Position numbers and translations under genes: made by a program
From: Spizellomyces punctatus DAOM BR117
Taxonomy: Eukaryota
Reading direction: 5' to 3' (one strand)
DNA: 64,000 nt
NCBI GenBank assembly: GCA_000182565.2
Contig: KQ257450.1
Notes under the pieces: model-generated
What the model was told of the DNA's origin: nothing
Database searches by the model: none
Seen by the model: the letters and a program-made list of their open reading frames with translations, nothing else
In this document: positions 1-12,100 of the stretch, in pieces
How the letters are laid out: each line of letters opens with the position of its first letter
How positions within the stretch are numbered: position 1 is the stretch's first letter

Positions 1-802
1 CTAAAGTCGCCCACATGCATTACTATAGCGGAAAGCAAGGGCTACAAACCACAGAGAGTTGGACTTACCACGACACTCAGGTCATCCACTTCCAAACCAG
101 ATCCGACCGCGTTAATACGTACGGTCTTTTCGCTCTTACCGACATCATGTTGCTAACCGCCCGCCACAATTTATCAGATCCTGGCGTCAAGTCGGAATGA
201 CAATCGATGCACATTCTTACCTCAAGTGCCTATCAATCCGAAGCAGCTGGATGTTAATACATGGATCATTTACTTTCGCACCAACCCAACATACCTGAAA
301 CACCAATTGTCTGGCAGTTCCTTTTCGATTTACGGGGACGGAATCTTCGAGGTCGTAAATAATGCTATCTGCATGTGACCTTGCGCGAGCTATTCAATTT
401 CCGTTCGTCACTTCCTTATTGTAGTGGTAAAGAGACGTGTAAGGAGAACAAATGCCTGGCTTCAGCGAACACATGAATGCATCTAGTGCAAGTATGTACC
501 AGGAACTTTTCCAAGGAAAGAATACGCCGATAGAGAGTGAGTGTGAAGAATAGAATGAGGGTCTCTTTCAGCACCAGCAGTACCGAACCGACATCCTTCT
601 CCTTCCGTCTTCTATTACCATAGAAAATAGCCCTCCGCGCTCGCTCAGCTCTTGTTACGGGGCTTGAACCGTCCAAGGTCTGCGCTGGTGTTGAATAGCT
701 GTGTTGTGATATCCCTAATAATGGCGCTCGGAATCGGAAAGCGCTACGCGCTGGCGGACGAGAGGTCTGCCTCCAGCCAGCCAGGGAGCAACTTCGCAGC
801 AT
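1..802 (-). CDS. CLYBL: Citrate lyase beta-like protein (CitE/CLYBL family), mitochondrial presequence; 5' part only, gene runs off the left edge
   Basis: Spliced reading: MLRSCSLAGWRQTSRPPARSAF...RARRAIFY|VP|GSDERKL...ADSIIYDLEDSVPVNRKGTARQLVFQ|ALE|QHDVGKSEKTVRINAVGSGLEVDDLSVV. Matches CitE motifs RRxxxYVPG, DLEDSV and VRIN. Micro-exons at 500-505 and 221-229; apparent +1 frameshift in exon 295-414. Confidence 0.85.
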
Positions 803-914
803 CTCTTGCACCAGTCTTTATGGGTGGTATCAAATGGAAATGAGCAATCTTGGACAATGTGGCTGCAGAGTGACAACATCAATCAAGTACAGTAGGTGAC
901 ACGTGATTCGGCCT

Positions 915-1786
915 TTATGTATTGAACATCCCCCTCCACTCTTGCTTGCTTTTCTCCTCCAGCTCCTTCAATCTACCATCAACACTATTCAACTCTGCCC
1001 TTATGCCTGCATCCTGTGGTGCGAGTTCCGCCGCTCTATAAAGATCCGTACGTGCTTTCTCGAGGTTATTAAGCTTGTGATGCGATTGTCCGCGGCGAAA
1101 GTACGCCTGGATAAAGCAATTACAGTAAGAGACAACCGTAACCATTTGCATAGATGAGAACAATATTACCTTTGCATTCTGAGGATCTATCTTGATGACC
1201 TTGTCGCAGACATCAAAAACCTTTTCGTATTTAGACTGCTTAAGATAGCATGCTACCGTAGTCATAGTATGAGCTCTTGATCCAGTCGATGATAGCTAAT
1301 CCCAGAACATTGTGGAAGACTTACCGGCCATGTTACTGTAACAAGCCTTGAGGGTCTGCAAAATAACAATCGCCCGACGGCCTGTCAGCTCGGCTTCTTC
1401 CAACATCAACAATGACGGCCGTGGATGCTCACATCTGCAATATCCTTCTTAACGTTCTCCTCTAGGCTCTTCCCGGGTACAATAGACGACATTGAAGAGT
1501 TGTCCAGCCCGGTCAAGTAAAGTACTGCCTTTTCATTCGTTTGTTGGAAACCTGTTCAGTATATCCAGAGTACGGTGGTACAGGTTGGGAAACATTGGCA
1601 CCGAGAGCAGTACCTGGTGGTAGCAACGAAGAGCTGCTCACGGGAAAAATGGTTAAGAATGCATGCAATATCCGGAAGCTGAGGGCAAAACTACGAACCC
1701 TGGACAAGGTTCCCATTTTTGAATTCCACGTTTCCCTTCTCTTTCTCCTCTTTTCCTCTCCCAAGCTTTTCTTCGACACTGGCCAT
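915..1786 (-). CDS. Small TPR protein (TTC9/FKBP-type TPR co-chaperone-like), multi-exon
   Basis: Spliced: MASVEEKLGRGKEEKEKGNVEFKNGNLVQ|ALRCYHQ|AVLYL...|TLKACYSNMA|ACYLKQSKYEKV...DPQNAK|AYFRRGQSH...RGMFNT; three TPR motifs with KxxGN and KAYFRRG. Confidence 0.85.
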
Positions 1787-2391
1787 CGCGCTTTGGGAGT
1801 CGTATCGAGGACAAGACCAAATGGAAAGCCAGATGAAAGGAAAGAGAGATCGTTGCGGAAGCAAGATGAGTCCAGCAATTTTTCACGTGACCGTTCAGAA
1901 GCTTCTTGTTGGGAGTCAACCAATGACTTAAGTCTGAAAGGCATGGGCTACATTTGGTATTTGTCTTTGGAAATACTTTAGTTTGCATAGGGCTTTCTGG
2001 AAATCGTAAATCTTGTTGACAACGAGAAATGTCTGGGGCAGCGTTTCTTTATCAATCTGCGCCTGTAACAAGTCTATTCTAATTACTTAGAGATATGAAG
2101 AAATGTTGGGCGCCACGGTAGATTGCAGAAACAGTACGACACTTGCGGCAGATCTTCAAACTCAACCAATTGGTCTGTGAACAGGTCTGCTTTTCGTTAG
2201 TCTCATTGTATAGATCTTTGGGACCAATGTAGATAATGCGGAACAATGAAAAGGATGGAGATTATTGATGCATGGCGTGTTTTATTGCTAATTTCAAGGA
2301 AAAAAATAGATACACAAAAAATAAAAAAATCCGGGCATTCCTCGGCGGTTCCGCCCCAAAACGGCTATTATCACACGGGTCCGGGTAGCTC

Positions 2392-4103
2392 CTACTCGTC
2401 ATCCTCGGTCTTCGTCTTCTTCTTTTTCTTCTTCTTCTCAGACTTGTCCTATATGAAAAGATAAGCAAGGATCGCCTAGGCTTTCGAACAGATTCCAGAG
2501 CAACACTATACCTCTCCATTCTCTGTGGCTTCCGCATCCTTCTTCTTGCTCTTCTTTTTCTTTTCGCCATCTGCTGTAGCTCCATCCTCAGCTGTATCGT
2601 CCATCTTTCTCTTTTTCGATTTAGGAACCACCTCTTCGATTAATGGTTTAGAGTCAACTTCCATTGCCTCCTTGTTCGCAGCAGGCTTTTCGTCAACTTG
2701 TCCAGCAGCATAATCAACGTAGTCTTTTGTCCAGGTAGATGGTGTAGCGTCGTTGCTCCGACCGTACTTGTCCAACTTGCCGTCCTGAATCAACTTTTTC
2801 TTCTCCTGTGCTTTCGGTCCCAGACCCCAACGACGTGGGTAGGTATCGCGTTCCATGATGACGCGCTTGATCTTGGCAACCACTCCATGATCGCAGGTGG
2901 CCATTTCGGCCGTGGACATCTGGGCAATAGCCAACGCAATAGCCTCGCCTTTGGTTGACATCAACACCACCTCCTCATTTATATCAATACCCGATTCGAA
3001 TCGCAGCAGACCAGGTATCATGAGCTTGGCCCCATAGCAGATAGCATTCACAGCGCTGTCTTTGACAACTACACGCTTGTAGGTTGTGAGCAATGTTTCC
3101 AAAGGCATTACCACCCGTCGCAAATATGATTCTGAAAATGTCACATCGCGTCCCGTCAGTTACGTACACGACAAGTCCAAATATATAGCGTACTTACCAT
3201 CCTTGGTGTTGTCGTATACCCATTGGGCATCCATAACGTCGTGCATCGTCACGAGGTTATCATCCTCGCCCAAAGCACCGGATCGCACACGCCGAAGTTC
3301 TTGCATATGACCACCAACCCCGAGCAAAAGACCCAAATGCACACAGAGGGTACGGATGTACGTGCCGGCCTCACAGCTGACCCAGAAAACACCCAAGTGG
3401 CGCTCGTTGTCAAATTCGATCAACTTGAGCTCATGGATAGTACGAATACGCAATTGACGTTTGACTGCCGAGATCAATGGAGGGCGTTGAAACAATGCAC
3501 CGGTCAGCGTCTCCAGACTCTGCGCCAACTTCTTTTCGGATTCTATCGCGTCATGAAGGCGAAGAACGGCGACGTACTCTTTACCTATTGTCAACTGGAT
3601 CAATATGGACCAAAAGAGAGTGAAATACAACCAATCTCACACGCACCGGCACCCTGCTGTGACTTAACCAAGCGAGTGGCACGATCGACACACACAATCA
3701 AGCACCCTGTCACTTTGGGGTCAAGTGTTCCACTGTGACCAGTCTTTTCCACACGGAGGATTCGGCGGATCCAAGCAACAACTTCGTGAGAGGATGGGTT
3801 GGCAGGCTTGTCAAGGTTGATGACACCATACTTGACATAGTTCTCAATATCGCGCTTGAGTGGAGAGCATCCGCTGGGGATGGGAGTGTAGTGGCCAGTG
3901 CGAACATTGAGTTTGTCGTAGTTCTTTTTGAGTGCAAGAGTTCAGAGGGCAATCCAAGCAGCCATATTTCAGCGCAACTCTACCTTCAACAACAAGGGCC
4001 AGGTGGACGTGTCCATGGATGGGGTGACAGAGGTAGGTTTGATCATATAATCCGCATCGGACTGCGTTTTGGCTGCCTTTTCGGCTGTCTTCGTCTTACC
4101 CAT
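2392..4103 (-). CDS. CBF5: H/ACA snoRNP pseudouridine synthase (dyskerin/Cbf5)
   Basis: WPLLLK N-terminus, [41 protein letters not shown] domain [27 protein letters not shown], Lys-rich tail ending KTEDDE*. Confidence 0.97.
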
Positions 4104-4438
4104 CTTTCTGAGCCTATGTACCGAGAACGCGCACTTGCTTCTTTCTTGGAGAGGATTGGAAGAGAAGGCGGAACCGGAAAACCACCTCCTTCACAAATGT
4201 CCAAAAAATCTCCAGAAAAAACCTCCAAGGGAAGAGCGTCGGAAAGCGTTGAAAGCGTTGAAGGCCCAAAAAAACAAAAAAAGTATTGGTTGGAATGCGC
4301 ACGGATCCAATTCGTTCAAATCGGTCTTAGCATACGTAAGCAATTATTTATATTCTCCGCCCTGAAGGTTATCCTTTGAATTTTTAATGCGGTATTATTG
4401 TCAGCGTTCAATGATAATCTGTAAATAGAAGACGGCTT

Positions 4439-4454
4439 TAACCCTAACCCTAAC
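4439..4454 (+). repeat. Short telomere-type repeat TAACCCTAACCCTAAC (TTAGGG x ~2.7) in the CBF5 / 7-TM divergent promoter
   Basis: Read directly from the sequence. Confidence 0.7.
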
Positions 4455-4552
4455 ATCATTAAAGCAAGGATCCGTGAACAAAAACCAACTGGTGCATCCG
4501 AGAGCTAACCGAACCCCTTCATTGCTGTGTACCTAAAACTTGCCGTTCAGAT

Positions 4553-4588
4553 ATGTCTGGCACAAACGATATGTCTGGGACAAACGAT
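4553..4588 (+). repeat. 18-bp tandem duplication covering the start codon (MSGTND x2)
   Basis: atgtctggcacaaacgat / atgtctgggacaaacgat, one mismatch. Confidence 0.9.
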
Positions 4589-5734
4589 TCTTCTGTGGAC
4601 TGCGAAAACCAATACCAAGAGCAGCTAACCCTGGAGATGTCATATCTAGGCTTCAACAACTATGTGGCAAACAATATTGCAGCTATGGCAATGCATATCC
4701 TCCTCTTCGCCCTATTATCGGAGGGAATCTTGAAGATAAGACATAGAGCAACCATCAACTGTTTCTGGACTGCTGTAGCGTTTAATCTCCTTTATTGTTT
4801 GTGGAATGTTATCGGTATGAAGGGTCGTGCTTTGCCTCTATGGTGGTTACAAGTCGGATGTTCATCTTCAATTGTTTATATTAGGAAACACCTTTCCATG
4901 GATGTTCACATACGCAGGTACCAACTTTTATTACTATCCACGGGGCTTGTACAGTGCCGTACAAGCGCAAAGTCTAGTGCTGCTCAACTATTATCGAGTC
5001 GCGCCTAGCTTCGACACGGTTATGGGCCGTCAGCTCAGAATCGCAATTTTTTGTGCTGTCCTCTTGGTCTTCCCTTTGGAACTCGCAAGTCAATATTACA
5101 TCGCCATCAGATACACCATGACAGCAGATTGGGTTAATACAGAGTATTTGGCGCCTCTCGTGCACTCAAATTGGGGTAAGCAATCTGTTGCTTGAATTCA
5201 CATTTGTTTGCCTGACGTCGTTCTCGGTAAAGTGTATCAAGTATTTCTTGACAGCTGTTTCTGCGGGTATAGCATTTGGATGTAAGTATTGACACCATCA
5301 CTTGTCTGCGTGCGTTTTTGGATCCTGTCTTTTAATCATGGATGCATTTTATTACTAGTATCCGAGGGTCGAAATCCCTCTCCCTACCGGCAGGAGCTTT
5401 TCGATCGCATGAGAGCAAACAGCACAAAGCATTCGCCATAGCCCATATCATGAGGATCACCATTTTTCTCGGAATTGAAGTCCTTCGCGCAGTCTCGTAT
5501 ACAGTGACTCCGGACGATTCTGATGTTTCACTGGAGGCGTTAACCTTCTGGGCAATGCATATCATGATGCCACCATTTAAGCCATATCTCATTGTGACGG
5601 ATATGACACGGGTTCGCGCCATTACAGACCGTTGGGGGAGGGACGGCGAGTCCCCTAATCTAGACGTCAGCAGGCTGGCATCATCAACTAAGGATAGCTC
5701 TCGCGCACCACATGATGGGGACTCTTCTATATAG
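4553..5734 (+). CDS. Orphan seven-transmembrane (GPCR-like) membrane protein, 4 exons
   Basis: Three GT-AG introns join ORFs 4553, 4827, a short exon (~5232-5281) and 5342 in frame. Seven hydrophobic segments, N-terminal NDS sequon, LNYYRV after TM3, Ser-rich polar C-tail. Confidence 0.7.
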
Positions 5735-6179
5735 GTGATAGAGTTGGAGATAGGTAGTCAATAATATATCGGCTGCATACCTAATGTACTTCAAATTAAA
5801 TAAAGGTGACACTAGTGGGTTTAGAACACAAGCGATCTGGTGTGCCAGTATGTAAGAGATACAGGAAAAGAAACGCCTTCAACCAACAGAGTATTACTAA
5901 ATTACAGATATCCATTTGTGCATAACGGAAACGTCAGGAAAAAAGTTAAGAAATTATATATGTATAAAGGGTAAAAGAAAAAAAGAGGGTAATACACGCC
6001 AGCAGACTATAGGGACAGACCAAAACGGGTGCTGCGTATGGTCGCCCATCACATCCGACTTCGTAAATACTTTTCCACGGCCCCAAAGGTCAAACAATCC
6101 TCAGACAAGCCCACAATCATGCCCAATATCTTACAACTAGCATCTCCGATCCTCAAAACTCAAATACAGATTATAGAAT

Positions 6180-9100
6180 TCAGTATTCGACACTTCCATC
6201 AGCAGTTCTCTTCTTCATCATCGCCAATCGTTCCTTAAGTTCGGCCACTGTCTGGGCCTTCTTAACGGGTTGTCCTCCATCGCCACTACCATTCGACGTC
6301 GGACTACCAGGTGACCCCGACCGAGGTGTCCCAGCAGCCGACTCCTCGGCCGAAGCAACTAATCCTGAAGGTGATACTGATGGGGCAATCTTTTCATTCA
6401 ATATCTGCCGGGTATCTTCCAGCGCTTGTTCGCCTTCCAGAGGAGCCAATCGCTGGATTTCGCTAAGATCGGTTGTTCCCCACCAGGTCAGCTTGATGCG
6501 ATCCAGAGCACGTCGGTATCCTTCAGAATCGTGGGGTGAAACTGTTACGATAGACAATACACAATGATCAATCAAGGGACTATGATAACGTTGCAAAAGT
6601 AACAAACACTTACGATCCCTCACTGCAGTACTCCCGGCGGCTACATCGAAAAGATAAGTCTTCTTGCGACAAAGAAATAGCTTAAAAATGGCGCGTCAGC
6701 GTGACGCTACGTACCCCGACGGGATCTGCGCTCCTCCAAATCCAACCTCTTGGCTTCTTCTTCCTTACAGTTGCGTAGTCCTCTCCGGATATACTCTTCA
6801 AAGAAATCTCCTCGTTCCCTGATCTTGGCCTCAATTTGCTCTATTGCGTATAAATGCGTCTTTCTAAAATCATATAGCTCTTGCAGAGCGAACTTGGAGA
6901 CGTCCTTATCCAGAAGTCGCTCCCACATCTTGTTAAGGTGATCCTGTACCTCTTGTGCCGTTAACTGTACTGATACGGACTCTCCTGTAGTAACGTTGCC
7001 AGGGACGGTGGTATCCACTGGCTCATCTTTGTGCAGTATAGACTCAGATGCCGTCTTGAGACTTGCGGACGTCAAGGGCTTCGATATTGGCTGCTTATCA
7101 CCCAGCTCCTGCAAATCCTCCCCACTATCAGTATATCCAAACTCAGCTTGCAGCCTTGCTGTTAAACTCTCGCTCGGAATTGACGGCCGCGATCTAGGCA
7201 GCATTGGGGACGCCGCACCTGAATCGCCCATTGATCGAGCAACATTGCTGGGGCTTCCCATGGCCGCTAGATCAAGTTCCGACCCAGCCTTCGGTGTATC
7301 ACCCATCTCCGAACCACTCCTCCCGTCAAGCGTGTGAAGTGCATATTTGACACAGTAGCTGGTTTCTTGATTTGGAATTAAATGGAAGGCGGCACGAAGA
7401 TCGGGGCCCAGACACTTTGCAATTTCCCCAACAATGGTTTTGACCGTTCGGAAGGGCATATCGGCTTGTGGGTATGGATACTCTACGGCCCTTCGTTTCC
7501 ATTCCCGCGGCGGGAGTCTCACGAAAAAATTATGTATGTCAAGGAGCAGAACGTCCGGTTTGATCGATTTAGTCGCAAGAAGTCGGGAAAGCGTCTTTGT
7601 TATTCGCCACAGGCAGCGTAAAATCAAGTTCATGTGTTTTGCCTGCCTGGATCGATTCTCAGCGGGCAGTGTGATCATGACGTCGCTAGATTCTATCAAG
7701 AGCGCAAGCGCAACCCTGAAAAACCAAATACTTGTAAGCAGGCAAGACCACTAGTACGACAAATGAGGCTACTACGCACCCAAGCAAGGAATTTCTATCC
7801 ACCGACTCCAAAATTTTAACAACCAAAATATTTAATGCTTTATTCAAAGCAGGGCCCTGATCAATCTGCTCCAAAATCGGATCCAGAATTCTGTCCAATA
7901 CTTCCGTCATGCAAAGCTTTAGCTGCTCTCTACCCACCGACCTGGCCAAAACCGGCTGAGAGAAGCAAATGACAAGAACGTTGACCAGGTGTTTGCACAG
8001 GCGCTCAAGAGATGTTCGACCGGGGACCAAAGAGGTATACGCTAACCGATTTTGAAGAGTGAGAGCCGAAATTAGATCATTCATGTGCGGCGCGACAATT
8101 TCGGCTTGCGTGCCCAAAATGTCTTCAAGCTGTTTTAAGGCGTCTACGCTCTCGTACGGATCATTGCTGGTAATGTTGGTTATGAGTAAATCGATAGTAT
8201 TCGAACTCATTGGCTCAGGAACAAAGACGTTCCGGTCAGGGGACCTTGGTGGTGAGACGGGTCCGTAACTGGGTAGTCGAGTTGGACTGAAATGAGATGG
8301 CGGCGCGGTTGATGGATACTCCCTTTTCGGAACCACCAATCCATGCTTCTCCAGTTCGAGACTAAATACAGGATTCTTCCTTGTTTGGGTTGGGCTCCCA
8401 GACTTATTCGTGGTCGACTGGTCCACCGGATAAGCTTGGCTTTCCACCGGTGTGCTCTTCTTGTCAAATTTGGGGCTACTTCCCGGACTCGTCTTCCCGC
8501 TTTTCGGACTAACACTCCTTGTGCCCTTAGGACTCGGACGATCCTCCTCCTTCCCTCCTCTGCTGTTGCTCACTCTCTTCAGCCTTTCTTCCACGAAGCT
8601 TTTGTCTTTTTCGGAGATTCTTCCCAAAAGCTTCCAGACCCCATCCCCTACCAACAAATATGCTTGTGTAATCACACCCAAAGCTCCACCTCGCACAGAG
8701 GCATCCCGGTCCGCCAGCTGTGCTGCAATCAATGGAAATGATTTGCTGGGAATGCAGACTCCCATGCCGTTTCGTTGAACGAGAGATGCCAACTCTTCCA
8801 AACATTCTGTACGCGTCCGAGCATTTTTCGATTCCAAGCCTTTCAGCAAATAGGTAAAGAGCTTCGACGAAGGGTAAATGCGGGTCAGTCGCTTCATTAT
8901 ACCGCGTATCTTGACTCGCATGGTCTCCTTCGGGTCTCCGGTCTTTAGACGAGGGTCAGCACAAGTTCGCTTAAATATGATAGAAAAACGACAACTCACC
9001 TTATTTATAAAAAATGGCAGAAAAGAAGACGCCTCGTACTCACTCAAATGATAACCATCCTCATCCAATAACGCAAACAAATGATCCAGGAGCTCCAGAC

Positions 9101-12100
9101 ACTTTAAAAACATGCTCGTGTTGGTGTCAAAGAATCTCAACGTGATGTACTTTAGGATAAGATCCGCATTTGCAATATATCGAGCCTTCAACTCGGACGC
9201 ATCCATGGCAAACACCGTCGCTTCTCTCTCTAGGCTTTGCGAACCTTCAGAGATGGGTCCATCAATCGCCGTCAAGGCAGCGAGATATTCTTTTTCCTTG
9301 TAGTGGTCGGTACTGAACAGCCTCGAATGAACTTCAGAGCTAAAGTTACCCTCACATTGTTCTGCCAAGAAGTCAATGAGTTCCCGACGAGGGGAGTCAA
9401 AAGTCCATTTGGTCATGCCCCTGTCTGCAGCTGCACGCTGTTCCTTCGCCCGGGTATCTGAAGTTAAAAGCGGTGCCACATGCTCTTTCGGACTTTCTAC
9501 TGCTTCCTTCCTGCTTAAAGTTCCAGTCCCAGGTCGGGTCATCCGAAGCTTGCTGGCCCCAGGAAGCTTCGACTTGGTGCCAGCCGAATCACTGGTACCA
9601 GACGCGACAGTTGACAGGGGCTTCCGAACCTTTCCAGGAGTTGCTGATTTGATCGAAGATGAAGCGCTGGACGGTCGTCCACCCACAGGTCTCAACGCTT
9701 CTAGGTATGGCGTGACGGAAGCCAGTGCAGAACCCTTGAACAGATCACCGGCTTTTGCGTGCAGAGCATCTACACCAACATCAGCAGCAACAAACGTCAA
9801 CACACCCTGCGCCCCTTTACGAACATCCGCGTTACGATCTTGCAAGCACAGTAATATGGCATGAATCAGCGGTGATAGATCTGGCACTTTCTCGGTAGCT
9901 TCAAGTTTATCTCCCAACCATTTCAGGAGATCCTTGCGCATCTGTGGCTGCTCGGTCATTAGCGACGCCCCAAATGAAGGAATCAAAGAGTCCAGTCCCA
10001 CAGCAAGGAAAACATTGTCCAAGGCTGCAAGAGCAGCACCTCGCACATGTGCCTTTTGATCTGCCAATAGAGATGTCATAGGTGATATCACCAATTTGAC
10101 GTGTCTCTCAAAAGGCTTCCCGACGGCTAGCGCCAGATTGCCCGTCAGTTCAACGGCATTCATAGCTAGATTTTTGTTGCTGTCGCTCAAACGAGCCTTC
10201 AATGCTGGAATCAACTCGCTTCCAAAGTTTGGCTGGATTCGCTTGTTAGCCGCTTCCAAGATGCGCACAAGGTCGTCCAGTGCCTCTTTCCGGACTTTCC
10301 ATTGTGCGTTGCCCATATCGTCGATCAGCTTCCCAGTGATTTGGCCGCTAATGTCAACCCGAGGGAACAAATCATCGGTAGGATCTGCACTCGCGGCGGT
10401 CTCGTCCAATTGCTGCTCTTTTGTCGGCTGTGGAGGTGCTTTGGCGGCTGCTTTTTCAAATTCAGAGTCAATAGTTGCCAAGAGTTGAGGATTTAGATCT
10501 TGGACAAATGTACGGATCTCTGGCCCAGTGAACATCCTTAGAGTACCCAAAACGGTAACTGCATTGTTGCGTACAGCTGAATTCGTATTTGCCAATGCGA
10601 ACTTCAGAAACTCGATGAATTCTCGCAACTGAAGACCCCCCGTTCCGAAATCGAGAAGAGTCTGTTGAATCCACATCAAAGAGTCTGCTAGGACTTTCGG
10701 ACTTTTTTGTTTCTTCATCGAATCATACGCTTGACTGAGGACAAATTGTAGTGATAGTTTTTCAGCAATCGTAGTAAGGCAGTCACCGGCGCTTCTTTTG
10801 ACTTTCATGTCGCCAAGCTTGTCTGCCAGTCCAGGTACAACGGCAGCGCCAGCTGCTCGATTGAAGCTGGGAACTTCCTTTGCCAAATACTGGAAAATGT
10901 TAAGCACGTTTGTCATTACTTGAAAGTTGCTTTCTTTCCATCCCGGCTTGTTGGTCAGCGATCTCACTACCGCTTCTGCTTCAACAGTCTCTTTCGGTTG
11001 TTGCTGAAGCTTCTCCAGCATGGATAGCGCGGCTCCAAGCCTCACTTTCCATGCGCTATCCCCAAGCTGCTGCATTACCTCCTCCCCTACCAGGTCACAC
11101 ACAACTGCATCTGCAGATTCGTTGGTGTACTTTGAAACAATGGGCTCGTCCTCTCTTGAGGCAGGCTTCTTTGCGGCCGGGGCCTTTGCCAAGGCTGGGC
11201 CTGCGGTCTGCGCTCTTTTCAGAGTTCCATTCTATGGACGAAAGGTTTCAGTCATTGCCGAAAAGGTCCATGTCCACAACACAAATACCTACCACAGAAG
11301 CTTTAGTCGTGGGCTTTGCGATAGTGGTCGGTGGTCGTGCTCTTGTCGCCGTCGTAGAACTTGGTGCATGATTCTCTTTCTCCTGGGCATCCAGAGAGTT
11401 AGACGTCATTTTTGGTTTCTGAATCAAGAGGCACTAACCAGTCAGGCACCAACCAAAACAGAGGCTAGATACTACATACGCCAAATACTCACCCGAGGTT
11501 TAGCCGGTAACGTCTCTGCCCTTCTTGGCGGAGCTGCAGCTGTTGTCGCTTTTCTTGTTCCCGTTCCACCCGCTAACTTTACTTCAGCTTTCTCAAAATA
11601 CTCCTTGACTTTGGTCTGCTTGATATTATCCAACTTATCCAGATGTCCTGCCAATACCCGCTCACTGACAACTTTCATCAGTGTTCCTAACGCTTCAGCA
11701 GCCGCCTCTCGCACCGTGTCCACACTATCTTCCAAAGACTTGACTAGCATTTCGCTCAACGACTTGATCTCTGGCTTTCCGGGAAGCTTTCGGGTGGTCT
11801 TCAGACATCGAATCAGCCAATGTAATGTTTCGCTTCTAACTTGAGGATTCTTGTGAAAAGCACTTCCATTGATCTCCTCAACAACCTCATTGATGGTAAC
11901 AGATAAATAGATTGCATCCAATGCTCCTCGCAGCGCCTCCACAACATTTTGCTTCTTTTCCTTAAATTTCTCAATCAAGGGATGTATCACCAAAGATCTA
12001 TACTGCGCAAAGTGGTTCCGTAAGCCCTTCGCAATAGCTTCGATGCAATTCGCCGAGGCAATGACCACGAATAGGTTTGCATCATTGATCCGCTTTCCTA

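Noticed and set aside
3223..4379. Plus-strand ORFs of 171 and 214 aa, and many similar antisense ORFs across the window
   Set aside because: Shadows of real genes on the opposite strand with no independent motifs.
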